Assembly (NCBI GenBank): GCA_963806185.1
Contig: CAWDXE010000001.1
Span: 928,001-992,000, forward strand
Source: an uncultured candidate division Zixibacteria bacterium
GTDB taxonomy: Bacteria; Zixibacteria; MSB-5A5; GN15; FEB-12
Direction of reading: 5' to 3'
Length of the DNA: 64,000 nt
Shown: positions 8,906 to 18,524 of the stretch, piece after piece
How positions within the stretch are numbered: position 1 is the stretch's first letter
Layout of the letters: every line of letters starts with the position of its first letter
Notes under the pieces: generated by a model
The model's database searches: none
What the model saw: the letters and a program-made list of their open reading frames with translations, nothing else
Told to the model about the DNA's origin: nothing
Translations under genes and position numbers: made by a program

Positions 8906-11545
8906 TCACTTGCCGACAGTCAGGATGCCGCGCAAGCGAATGTCCTTTGATGAAGCGCCGATCATGATCGTAAAGTCACCCGGTTCGACAACGGTGTGTA
9001 GATTCTTATCCAACATCGACAGCATGGCCGGAGTGACGGCAAATTGTACGACCTGCGTTTCCCCCGGCAGCAAATGAACACGCTTGAACCCCTTGAGTTC
9101 TGTTATGGGACGGGCAACTGAGGCGAATTGATCTCGGATATATAGTTGCACAACCTCGTCTCCGGCCACAACCCCAGAGTTTTTCACCCGGCAGGTAACA
9201 ACGCCTGAGTCCGTCGGCGAAATCCGGTTATCATCCAATGACAGGTCAGTGTATTCGAAAGTTGCGTAGCTCAAGCCGTAGCCGAACGGAAATAGTGGTT
9301 GACCGGTAAGGTCGGCATAGTCATCTCCCCGGCCGGTCGGCTTATGATTGTAGACAAGCGGTAGTTGTCCTTCCGCCACCGGGAAGGTGATCGGCAAACG
9401 CCCGGCTGGAGAGTAATCACCAAATAGGATATCGGCGACCGCGTCGCCCCCCGCCTCGCCGGGGTACCAGACATCAAGGACGGCAGAAACATCGGCCAGC
9501 CAGGAATTCATAGTGATCGCGCTGCCGCCCACGAGGACGACGACAACCGGCTTTCCTGTGGCGGCCACACGCTTGATCAACTCCTCCTGACGACCGGGCA
9601 AGGCGAGGTTGGCGCGATCGCGAAACTCACCCTCCTCGATTCCCACCACGACAATCGCAACATCACTCCGAGCCGCAAGAGCCACCGCTTCAGCCATAGC
9701 GGAATCGGATTGTGGGGGAAGACCGGCATCCCACACGAGTCGAAACCAGGCGTTGCCGAAAGGTTCGAAGAACTCGATGCGAATGTCGTATAGCCTCTCC
9801 TTCTCGAAGCGATAGTCGGTGACCAGCGTGCGTCGGCTGATCTTGTGCCAGTTGTCGATGAGGAGTGAGTCGTTAAGGTAGAGCCGGTAGCCATCGTTAC
9901 CGTCGATGCCAATCTTGTAGACACCGGTGCCCGGACCCCTGAGTTTTCCCGTCCAGCGAACGGAATAGAAATCATACGGCAGCTTGGCGGGGTCCGGCGA
10001 GAAGAGGGTCCATTGAAATTGAACTTGCCGATCCACTCGACTGAGGACCGGGGTTCCGCTCAGTGCGACATTAGCGAAATACGACCCGACCAGACCGGTC
10101 TGTACAGTGTCATGCAACGTACAAGAAAGGTAGTCGGCTGCGACAGTGCCGTAGTCAGCCTCGACTCTTGGGCACCCCTTGGCATACTGCACGTTGGCCG
10201 AGGTGCCCACTTTCTTACGGATGCCGTCGAGTATACTCACCGGGTTGTTCCCCGGCCCGCTGTAACCGCCCAACCGCACTTCGGATGCATCCGGACCAAG
10301 CACGGCGATTGATTTCAATTTCTTGCTGAATGGAAGCGTCTTGTAATCGTTCTTCAGGAGTACGGTAGACTCCAGAGACGCCTTGAGCGCCAGTTGTCGA
10401 GGTGAGACATCAGAGTCATCCGGCTTATCCGAAGTATTCAGGCCATACGGATTCTCAAACAATCCCAGCTCGAACTTGGCTCGCAACACTCGAGCGACGG
10501 CGCTATCGATCATATCACCGGGAATCCGTCCGTCCAGAAATGGCGGACTGAAAAGCGAGAAATGGTCAAACGAGGTCTGGAAGATGACGTCGAGCCCACC
10601 CTTGAGGGCCAGCTCGCCGGATTCCGCATAATCTTTCGACGTGAAATGAAGAACGTTGGCGCCGCCCACCGCGCCGGCGTCGGAAATAATGAAGCCGGCA
10701 AAGCCGAGTTCCTTTTTCAAGAGCGTTGTGTTGAGCCACTCATTGGCCGAACAGGGAGTGCCGTCATACGAATTGTAGGATGTCATCAGCGAACGCGACC
10801 CGCCGCGGGTGATGCAGTCAACAAACGGCGGTATATGAATTTCGCGAAGAAGGCGTTCGCTATACTGAATCGGATAGCTGTCGCGACCGCCGTCGCCGAC
10901 ATTGGCGATGAAGTGCTTCGGCGTCGTGATAACGCCGCGTTTTTCGAACTCCGATACAAACGCCACGCCCATCGCGGAGGTCAAAAAGGGATCTTCGCCG
11001 TAGGTCTCCTCCACCCGGCCCCAGCGGACGTCGCCGGCGATGTTCACGACAGGCGACAGAACCTGCCGGATACCGCGACTGCGGCAGTCGCGAGCGATGA
11101 CCGCTGACACCTGATGCATGAGCGATGTGTCGAATGTCGCCGCCAACGCAATCGCCTGGGGAAACGAGGTGGCACCTTTTTGTACTGCGCCGTGCAATGC
11201 CTCACAGAACGGAATTATTGGGATGCCGAGTCGGGTGCTGTCTACAAAGTGACGCTGGATGGCGTTGACGAGCGCGACGGTGAGCGCGCTATCATAGGAA
11301 GCGGGGATCTGAAAGCCAAACGCACCATCGCGATATTTGGCGGCACCGCTATCGAGATCGGCAGCCAGCATGAACAGTTGCCAGAATTTCTCCTCAGGCG
11401 TCATCCGCTTCAGCAGGTCCTGAACGCGTGGTTCGATCGGGAGGCGGGCATCTCTGTACGGCTGACCGCATACCGTTGCCGCCATAAGCAGCAGCAGGAA
11501 CAAACCAGCCATAATAGGCAACCGGTCAGTGCACGGAGATTTCAT
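8906..11545 (-). CDS. GH3 beta-glucosidase/beta-xylosidase with PA14 and Fn3-like domains, secreted
   Basis: Motifs RWGRVEETYGEDP, TPKHF, IISDAG, a PA14 insert (YSVRWTG...DGYRLYLN), PAGRLPITFP, PFGYGLSY and ELKGF. Signal peptide present. Confidence 0.93.
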   Translation of the reverse strand: MKSPCTDRLPIMAGLFLLLLMAATVCGQPYRDARLPIEPRVQDLLKRMTPEEKFWQLFMLAADLDSGAAKYRDGAFGFQIPASYDSALTVALVNAIQRHFVDSTRLGIPIIPFCEALHGAVQKGATSFPQAIALAATFDTSLMHQVSAVIARDCRSRGIRQVLSPVVNIAGDVRWGRVEETYGEDPFLTSAMGVAFVSEFEKRGVITTPKHFIANVGDGGRDSYPIQYSERLLREIHIPPFVDCITRGGSRSLMTSYNSYDGTPCSANEWLNTTLLKKELGFAGFIISDAGAVGGANVLHFTSKDYAESGELALKGGLDVIFQTSFDHFSLFSPPFLDGRIPGDMIDSAVARVLRAKFELGLFENPYGLNTSDKPDDSDVSPRQLALKASLESTVLLKNDYKTLPFSKKLKSIAVLGPDASEVRLGGYSGPGNNPVSILDGIRKKVGTSANVQYAKGCPRVEADYGTVAADYLSCTLHDTVQTGLVGSYFANVALSGTPVLSRVDRQVQFQWTLFSPDPAKLPYDFYSVRWTGKLRGPGTGVYKIGIDGNDGYRLYLNDSLLIDNWHKISRRTLVTDYRFEKERLYDIRIEFFEPFGNAWFRLVWDAGLPPQSDSAMAEAVALAARSDVAIVVVGIEEGEFRDRANLALPGRQEELIKRVAATGKPVVVVLVGGSAITMNSWLADVSAVLDVWYPGEAGGDAVADILFGDYSPAGRLPITFPVAEGQLPLVYNHKPTGRGDDYADLTGQPLFPFGYGLSYATFEYTDLSLDDNRISPTDSGVVTCRVKNSGVVAGDEVVQLYIRDQFASVARPITELKGFKRVHLLPGETQVVQFAVTPAMLSMLDKNLHTVVEPGDFTIMIGASSKDIRLRGILTVGK

Positions 11546-13772
11546 CGATGAATATCCACGCCTTTCCACCTGACCCCTTATGCCAGGTTGGGCAAGTTTC
11601 CATGTTATCCGCGCTCACGCGAACATAGCGCGCCTCGGTCGGCGGAAACGTGACATCGAATGGAGCTATGATGGCGCCGTCCTTGTCCGCCGGCGTTACG
11701 TTGGCGACACTACCAACTGTGCGATAGGCCTTTCCGTCAGTAGAAAGCGAGAAAGTCACGGTGAGGGGCATGAAGACCCAGGAATTGATGTCCTGCAGGA
11801 AATCGGTGTTGATCGCGGAGATCGTCTGAACGGAACCCAGATCGATAGTGGCCTGCATATCCTCGCCCTCGAAACCGAGCCAGTGGGCGTGATAGTCACC
11901 CCACCCCTTCATACCGTCGACCAGAGCGGTGGCGTCACCGCCATGGTATTTCTTGCTTGCGGGCGGTTCCAATGTGATCGTCTTGCGACGAGCGAGGTGA
12001 TTGACAGTACCTTCCTCAAAGAATGCAGATGTTGAGGCAAGGTACTCATCGGGTGAGATACCGCTCTCCCAAAGTCTGGGAACGCCAGCCGCCTTGCAGC
12101 GCTGGACGAAGAGCTTCAGCAGCTCGGAAATCTCCGGTCGGACGGTCAGTTGGCCGTTGTCATTCACGGCGAAACAGCCGCGGTCTCCCGTGCCGCCCAC
12201 TTTGGCCTGCTCGAGGACGGCATATTGCAGGGGAAGTCGGCAGGTCCGCACGCGGGCCAGCACCGCGGAGTCGTTTCGAACCGCATCCTCGGCCCGGTCG
12301 AACAGCGCACCATACGTATCGAGCATCGCCGGAGACAGATACCCGTGTTCGGACACCAGCGGATAACCGTAAATATCGAGGTTTTCGCCGGAGGCAACCA
12401 GCGCGGCATGCATGGTGTCAATATACTGCCTGATATGCGGAGCGGCGTCGCCGTAGAAGCCGTGCAGGAAGTCGTTCATGACGGAATCGACGTTGAGATT
12501 CGGATTCCACAGCAACTTGGCGATCAGGTAGATGCGTAGTTCGGCAAATTCGCCGTACATCTGGCCGAGACCCTGCTCGAAGACGGTGGCTATCCCGTTG
12601 TTTACAAAGAACTGTATGTTGGGTTGGAGGACATGGAGGTTCGGGAACGGGCTCATCAAGTTGCGAAATTGAATGACATAATCCCATAGAAAGATATTGT
12701 GCGTCAGGCTGCTCCAGTCGCGGACATCCTTCACAAACGAAGTACTGCTCGGATCCTCAGCGAGAGGTTTGCTCCGATTGCACTCGATACTGCACAGCAT
12801 GATGTTGACGTTCGGTCGCGGTTTCAGGTGCTTCGGCGCGGAACGGGAATACTGGTAGGCCAGCGTGGATATGGTCTTATCCGGGAATTCGTCGGCGACG
12901 CGATTGACGAAAGCGAGAAGTGATCCGGAGGGGGAGCCCTCGACACTTTCAATCGCCCGACAGGCGGCGCATTCGCATGGGACATACGTGTCATTCTGTG
13001 AGACGGACCAGAAGGTCGCTTCCGGTTTGGCGGCCATGAGGGTACGGAGACGGTCGACGACGATACGAAAGACATCCGGGTTAGTCAGGCACAACTGACC
13101 GCGCGGAGTCCGGTTACCGTTGAGCAGCGAGAAATACTCAGGGTGTGACGAGAAGAAAGAGTCCGGCGGAACGAGGGTTTTGAAGGTGTGCACAAACAGG
13201 CCGAATTCATTATGGGTGTCAAGCTTGTGCCAGGCGACATACGATGAATCGTGGATATCCTGCATACGAAAGATGATGGCGGGAATTTGGGTGTCATCAC
13301 CAAGCAGGAGCTCAATCGTCGTAGTGTGCGGTATTACACGGACCCATTGGCTGTACATCCGACAGTTGAGGTAGGATTCAAGAAACGTGTAGACGCCGTT
13401 CTGCAGACCGCGATCGGTATGTCCGGTCAAGTAGATACGCTTTGGCTCGATGCTGATCCGGAAGCCGTCTTCGCCGAGTTGAGAAGTCACCAATTTGGGG
13501 TCATGACTCTCGCCCACCGCAAGTATGATCTGCCGGCCACCTTTCGCAAGGGCATGGGTAATGGGCAGCTCTGCGCCTGAGACACGAATAATGTAGGACT
13601 GCAACGTATCGGCTATGGCGGTCGTACTCGTGGAAGCTCCGTCCTTCACATAGATACTGAATCGGGAGTGTGAGTTTTTCACCAGCTCCATAGAGGTTGA
13701 GAAAGCCGTCGGCACAACCGTCAGCCAGAACAACGTGACGGTGAGGGCAACTTTCATGCGATGCAAGTTCAT
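11526..13772 (-). CDS. DUF4838 domain protein with GH67-N-like N-terminus and C-terminal F5/8 type C (discoidin) domain
   Basis: Motifs HPEYFSL...QLCLTNP, SQND..CECAAC, TLAYQY, WDY and KLLWNP, with C-terminal IDLG...ARYVRV...FIDEI. ATG overlaps the fucosidase stop. Confidence 0.8.
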   Translation of the reverse strand: MNLHRMKVALTVTLFWLTVVPTAFSTSMELVKNSHSRFSIYVKDGASTSTTAIADTLQSYIIRVSGAELPITHALAKGGRQIILAVGESHDPKLVTSQLGEDGFRISIEPKRIYLTGHTDRGLQNGVYTFLESYLNCRMYSQWVRVIPHTTTIELLLGDDTQIPAIIFRMQDIHDSSYVAWHKLDTHNEFGLFVHTFKTLVPPDSFFSSHPEYFSLLNGNRTPRGQLCLTNPDVFRIVVDRLRTLMAAKPEATFWSVSQNDTYVPCECAACRAIESVEGSPSGSLLAFVNRVADEFPDKTISTLAYQYSRSAPKHLKPRPNVNIMLCSIECNRSKPLAEDPSSTSFVKDVRDWSSLTHNIFLWDYVIQFRNLMSPFPNLHVLQPNIQFFVNNGIATVFEQGLGQMYGEFAELRIYLIAKLLWNPNLNVDSVMNDFLHGFYGDAAPHIRQYIDTMHAALVASGENLDIYGYPLVSEHGYLSPAMLDTYGALFDRAEDAVRNDSAVLARVRTCRLPLQYAVLEQAKVGGTGDRGCFAVNDNGQLTVRPEISELLKLFVQRCKAAGVPRLWESGISPDEYLASTSAFFEEGTVNHLARRKTITLEPPASKKYHGGDATALVDGMKGWGDYHAHWLGFEGEDMQATIDLGSVQTISAINTDFLQDINSWVFMPLTVTFSLSTDGKAYRTVGSVANVTPADKDGAIIAPFDVTFPPTEARYVRVSADNMETCPTWHKGSGGKAWIFIDEISVH

Positions 13773-15205
13773 GGTTGGCCCGGCGTGAAATGAAAGGCCC
13801 AGGCGTAGCGGCAAGGCGGATTGCTGCGGAGGGATTCCGGAATCTTAATCACGCAGCCGCCGGCAACGTTCTCCCACGTAAGCGGTTCGTTGACACCGAG
13901 CATGGTGACTGCGCTGCCTGCTTCCGGGGCAAAGGCTCTGATTTCGACAGTGGCAGGCATTGTAGTTTCACCGTCATCGGCAAGATATATGGCGTTGATC
14001 GAGTGATCGGGCAGGCGTGTGTAACAGACCTTCCCTTCCTTGTACGGCGCAACCGCGCGGCTGTAGTAGAGCGCGCTCCCGTTGATCTTCATCCACGCAC
14101 CGAGGTCCTTCAGGCGGAGCAATGATTCCGGCGGCAGTTCACCCTCGGGGCTGGGGCCGATATTCAGCAGCAGATTGCCGCCTTTGGCGACAATATCGAC
14201 CAGGAGATGAATCAGTTTGGCGGTTGGCTTGTAGGTATCGGTCGAGACATAGCTCCAGGAGGTGGCCATGGTCATGCAGGTTTCCCAGACGTAACTGAGC
14301 GCCGTGTCGGGGATTTCCTGTTCGGGCGTGCGATAGTTCTGGTACCGTCCTTCGACGGCGCGATCGACGATGATCAGTCCGGGCTGAAGTTCGCGCGCCA
14401 TGGCGGCAATACGCGGCATGTCGATATTCTGATCGCACGGGTTCTTCCCCCAGCGCGGCGACGTCGGGGTCATCGGCTGTACCCAGCCGCCGTCGAGCCA
14501 GAGGATGTCGACACTGCCGTAGTTGGTCATCAACTCCTTGATCTGGTTGGTCGTGAACGTTTTGAACGCCTCCCACCTTTGCGGATATCTTTGCATATCG
14601 TAGTTGACGTTACGGTCAAACGGCGGAAAGTAGGGACACCAGTAGTCGGGGCAGTGCCAGTCCGCCTTGGAAAAATAGGCGCCGATGCCAAAACCTTGTG
14701 TGCGAAACGACTTGAATATCTCGGCGGCAATATTGCTCTTCGGATTGGTGCTGAACGGACATGCTGGGTCGGTCACTTTGTAGTCGGTCTCTTTCGTGTC
14801 GAACATGCAGAAACCGTCGTGGTGCTTGGTCGTGAAGATGACATACTTCATCCCGGCCTCCTTGGCGGCGGCCGCCCAGGAGTCGGGGTCGAATCTGGTC
14901 GGATTAAAGGTCGTTTTCAGATTCTCATACGCCGTCTTGTAGGCAAAGTAATCCTTCGCAAACGGCCCCCGACGTTCGCACCAGTTTTCGTCTTCGGGAC
15001 AGAGGCTCCAGCTCTCGACAATCTGCCACTGACTATAGGTGCCCCAGTGCATGAGAAGACCGAATTTCATGTCCTGGAACCACTCCAGCTTTTTGAGCAC
15101 AAGCGGGTCGGTTTCCTTGTCGGTGGCGGCCTCCGGTTGTGCGAGACAGGCTGCGCCGAGGAGTAGGCAAGCAAGACAACCGATGAGAACACGAGCATTG
15201 AGCAT
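13769..15205 (-). CDS. Alpha-L-fucosidase, GH29, secreted
   Basis: Motifs KFGLLMHWG, TTKHHDGF, nucleophile region LWLDG, WETCMTM and GGNLLLNIGP. Signal peptide present. Confidence 0.95.
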   Translation of the reverse strand: MLNARVLIGCLACLLLGAACLAQPEAATDKETDPLVLKKLEWFQDMKFGLLMHWGTYSQWQIVESWSLCPEDENWCERRGPFAKDYFAYKTAYENLKTTFNPTRFDPDSWAAAAKEAGMKYVIFTTKHHDGFCMFDTKETDYKVTDPACPFSTNPKSNIAAEIFKSFRTQGFGIGAYFSKADWHCPDYWCPYFPPFDRNVNYDMQRYPQRWEAFKTFTTNQIKELMTNYGSVDILWLDGGWVQPMTPTSPRWGKNPCDQNIDMPRIAAMARELQPGLIIVDRAVEGRYQNYRTPEQEIPDTALSYVWETCMTMATSWSYVSTDTYKPTAKLIHLLVDIVAKGGNLLLNIGPSPEGELPPESLLRLKDLGAWMKINGSALYYSRAVAPYKEGKVCYTRLPDHSINAIYLADDGETTMPATVEIRAFAPEAGSAVTMLGVNEPLTWENVAGGCVIKIPESLRSNPPCRYAWAFHFTPGQP

Positions 15206-15422
15206 TGGACGAGAATCTGATTTATCGAACACGCTGACCTCCAACGATGCTGTTAGCAATCATCCAAGGATAAGCAGGACGATTGCCGATAGGCAAGGCT
15301 CAGTTTGTGAGTTTTCCGGCCACCCGACCCAGAGCCGCCAGTCGTACCCTTGCAAAACCGGGTCGATAGGGCTAGATTGACTATATACGGTTAGACAATT
15401 GAGCGAAGGGGTGACTACGATT

Positions 15423-16892
15423 ATGCGCCGGTTATGGTTTTCAGTAATCTTGATCCTCGCGTGCTTTGCGTTAACTCTCCGCGCTACGGCCGTCACGACG
15501 CCCGAAAGCGGATGCTACGCGATTGTGGTCGGCCAGGACGTATCCGTCACAGGTTCTGTGCTGATGGCCCACAATGAGGATGACTATGGTCCGCAAATTG
15601 TCAATCACCGTTGGGTACCTCGTACTTCCCACGGCGCGGATGAGGTCATTCGTGTCAACGGCGGTCTGACCATTCCACAGGTTTCCGAAACGTGGGGGTA
15701 TGTCTGGTCGGAAATTCCGGGTATGCTTTTCTCCGACAGCTACATTAATGAGAAGGGGGTTGGCGTCTGCTCGGATGCTTGCAGTTCACGTGAAGACCGG
15801 TCGGACCTGACCGGCGGCGGAATCGATTACATGCTTCGCCGAATTGTCGCGGAGCGGGCGTCTTCTTCGCGCGAAGGTGTGCACCTGGCGGGCGAGTTGG
15901 TCGAGCGATTTGGGTACACCGGATCGGGAAGGACGTATGTGATTTGTGATCCCAATGAAGGTTGGCTGTTTTGCGTCGTTATGGGGAGACATTGGGTGGC
16001 CGAGCGAGTGCCCGATAGTCAAGTGGCGATAATAGCCAACACATACACCGTGCAGACAGTTGATCTTGCCGACACGGTCAATTTCCTCGGCTCAGCAGAT
16101 CTGATCGATTATGCGATGGCGCGAGGGTGGTACAATCCGAAGACTTCTGGTTCCTTCAGTTTTGCCAAAGTGTATGCCGAACCGGGCGTCGCGGCTGATT
16201 CGAGCAACATAGTCCGGCAATGGAACGGGTATCGCATGATTCTGGCGGAGCCGCCGGATATCACCAAGCCCCTTCCCTTTTCAGGCAGACCATCGCGCAA
16301 AATCGGCGTGCGAGACATCCTGCCGGTCTTGCGCAGTCATTTTGAGCAGACGCCGATGTATGCCGAGGATTCCGCAACCAGTTGTCCTCACGCCAACAGA
16401 ATCTCTCCTACGTGCAATCAGATGACACAAACCAGCTTTGTCGCGGAATTGAGAAGTGAGACGGCGGACGGTATCGGGTCGGCGTACTGGGTGTGCCTGT
16501 CGGCGCCATGTCTATCCTGTTACGTTCCCTTCTATGTTGGATCATCTGACTTTCCGGCCGCATACACGGGTGAGAGTGTTACACCGACTGAAGAGTATTT
16601 CCACGCGCGGTTGGCGCAGCCATTTGCCGTGGATGATTCGAGCGCCTTTTGGACGTTTTCGAACATGCGATATCTGGTCGAACAGGAATACGGCCGTAAG
16701 GCAGACGTGCTCCGCACGGTTCTTGAACTGGTGGAAGCCGAGTCACTTGGTGAGCAGGGTGAGGTTGAGTCAGAAGCCCAACGGTTGATGATCACTGATC
16801 CGGATGGAGCGCGGCGAATTCTCAGTGAGTATTCAGGCACCATATATCAGGCGGCGATCAGTGCGCTGGCGCAATTTCAACCTAAGAAGTAG
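15423..16892 (+). CDS. C69 family dipeptidase (Ntn-hydrolase), secreted
   Basis: Signal peptide, then CYAIVVG...MAHNED, INEKGV and ERASSSREGV. Confidence 0.88.
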   Translation: MRRLWFSVILILACFALTLRATAVTTPESGCYAIVVGQDVSVTGSVLMAHNEDDYGPQIVNHRWVPRTSHGADEVIRVNGGLTIPQVSETWGYVWSEIPGMLFSDSYINEKGVGVCSDACSSREDRSDLTGGGIDYMLRRIVAERASSSREGVHLAGELVERFGYTGSGRTYVICDPNEGWLFCVVMGRHWVAERVPDSQVAIIANTYTVQTVDLADTVNFLGSADLIDYAMARGWYNPKTSGSFSFAKVYAEPGVAADSSNIVRQWNGYRMILAEPPDITKPLPFSGRPSRKIGVRDILPVLRSHFEQTPMYAEDSATSCPHANRISPTCNQMTQTSFVAELRSETADGIGSAYWVCLSAPCLSCYVPFYVGSSDFPAAYTGESVTPTEEYFHARLAQPFAVDDSSAFWTFSNMRYLVEQEYGRKADVLRTVLELVEAESLGEQGEVESEAQRLMITDPDGARRILSEYSGTIYQAAISALAQFQPKK

Positions 16893-16893
16893 C

Positions 16894-17322
16894 TCACCCC
16901 TTGAATCCGACTTGTGAGTGAGTACCGTCGCAAAACGGTTTGTTGCCTGATTGACCGCATCGGCAGAAGGAAGTCTTACCCTCCCGCGATTCTTCCGCCC
17001 CGTCATCATGGGAAATTCGGAGATTGCCGGAAATCACCAGCGGGCCGTCCGGCTGGACCGCTACCGTTGCGGTTGCCTTGGCATCCGACGCGAGGGCAGC
17101 CTGATCGTTGCGAAAACTCGAGAGTGCGCCGGAGGGACACCTGCCGACCTGCGCGACGATCCGGTCGCTGGGAGCGCCGTCAATCGTAATCCAGGGACGC
17201 CGTTTGGGCTCGAAGACCGCATTTAATTCCCGCCAGCAATTACCGGAATGAATGCACATATCCGGTTTCCACACGACGGTGACTTCACCGTTTGAATACT
17301 TCTTGATCACTTGCTTTGTCAT
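16894..17322 (-). CDS. YjdI-like Fe-S protein (Fer4_19) fused to a CDGSH iron-sulfur domain
   Basis: Motifs CIHSGNC...RPWI...CPSGAL and CRCGQSGNKPFCDGTH. Confidence 0.9.
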   Translation of the reverse strand: MTKQVIKKYSNGEVTVVWKPDMCIHSGNCWRELNAVFEPKRRPWITIDGAPSDRIVAQVGRCPSGALSSFRNDQAALASDAKATATVAVQPDGPLVISGNLRISHDDGAEESREGKTSFCRCGQSGNKPFCDGTHSQVGFKG

Positions 17323-17338
17323 CTTCTGAACGCTCCAT

Positions 17339-17623
17339 TCATCCGGTCAGGACATCGGCATATTCGGGGTTCTTGGCAAACTCGGCCTTGGCGAACGGAC
17401 AAAGCGGGATAATCTTCACTTGCTGTTCGCGGGCATATTTGACCCCCTCGGCAACGAGCAGCTTGCCGACCCCCTGCCCCTTAAGAGACGAGGAAACTTC
17501 GGTGTGATCGATGATCATGGCCGACGGCCCATTCATGACAAACGTCATGCGGGCGATGCACTTACCCTCTCGTTCGATAAAGAACTCGCCCTTCTGTCCG
17601 TCGAAAGTGCGTTTGATCTCCAT
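17339..17623 (-). CDS. YjdJ-like small GNAT acetyltransferase
   Basis: Motifs IIDHTEV...LKGQGVGKLLV...KIIPLCPFAK. ATG at 17623 has an AGGA RBS. Confidence 0.9.
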   Translation of the reverse strand: MEIKRTFDGQKGEFFIEREGKCIARMTFVMNGPSAMIIDHTEVSSSLKGQGVGKLLVAEGVKYAREQQVKIIPLCPFAKAEFAKNPEYADVLTG

Positions 17624-17729
17624 GGTGACTTTCCTGTTATTGGTACCGCTCGATGGTATTCCGAACGACTTGTGATGGCTAAACACGCGTGCGATCGAAT
17701 CGGTTCCGGCGACGTTCTGACAAACGCGC

Positions 17730-18515
17730 TCACCCACGATCCGACAGTCGCTCCTTTGGAAGTCGACCCAGTAGCTGCAGCAGGCCGTCGAGAATCGTAA
17801 TCGGATGAGGAGGGCAACCGGGGATGAACAGATCAACCGGCAACGTTCTGGAGACACCGTTGTGCACCTGCTGATGGTCGATATATGGTCCGCCGGAGAT
17901 AGCGCAGGCGCCGACAGCGATCACGATCTTTGGGTCGGGCACTGCGTCATATGTCTTTTGGAGAGCCAGAAGCATGTTCTCGGTCACCGGACCGGTGATT
18001 AATAGGCCATCGGCGTGCCGCGGTGATGCGACCAACTGAATGCCGAAGCGGCCGAGGTCAAAGACAATCGTTCCGAGGACATTGACCTCAACTTCGCACC
18101 CGTTGCACCCACCGGCGCTCACCTGGCGCAGTCTCAGGGATCGCTTGAACAGGCGGAGAGTTTCATCGTTAAGTTTCTGAACCAACGCCCGTTCCGAGCC
18201 GTGCGCGACGATCAGGTCGGACCGCACGCTCGTCGCCAGGTGGTAGTCATCCGAGAAGTGAATCAGATCGGATGGACAAGCTTGCTCGCATTCTCCGCAA
18301 AACAGGCACCGTCCGAGATCGATTGCCGGATGGCGATCGACGAGCGAAATAGCCGAGGTCGGGCAGGCCGCCACACAATCAGAACATCCGCTGCCACAAG
18401 GGTCGGAGCTGATAATCGGACGTCCCTCAAATCGATCTGGCAAGTTTGGCGATTCATCGGGAAAGCCGATCGTGCGGTTACCGAATTTGGCGCGAGCGAG
18501 TAATGCTTTCAACAT
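17730..18515 (-). CDS. hyfI: Ehr/hydrogenase-4 small subunit (HyfI/NuoB-like) with fused N-terminal 2x[4Fe-4S] ferredoxin
   Basis: Ferredoxin motifs C.DCVAACP and CLFCGECEQACP, then GGCNGCE, SPRHAD, GACA and PGCPP. Confidence 0.9.
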   Translation of the reverse strand: MLKALLARAKFGNRTIGFPDESPNLPDRFEGRPIISSDPCGSGCSDCVAACPTSAISLVDRHPAIDLGRCLFCGECEQACPSDLIHFSDDYHLATSVRSDLIVAHGSERALVQKLNDETLRLFKRSLRLRQVSAGGCNGCEVEVNVLGTIVFDLGRFGIQLVASPRHADGLLITGPVTENMLLALQKTYDAVPDPKIVIAVGACAISGGPYIDHQQVHNGVSRTLPVDLFIPGCPPHPITILDGLLQLLGRLPKERLSDRG

Positions 18516-18524
18516 AATGACACT

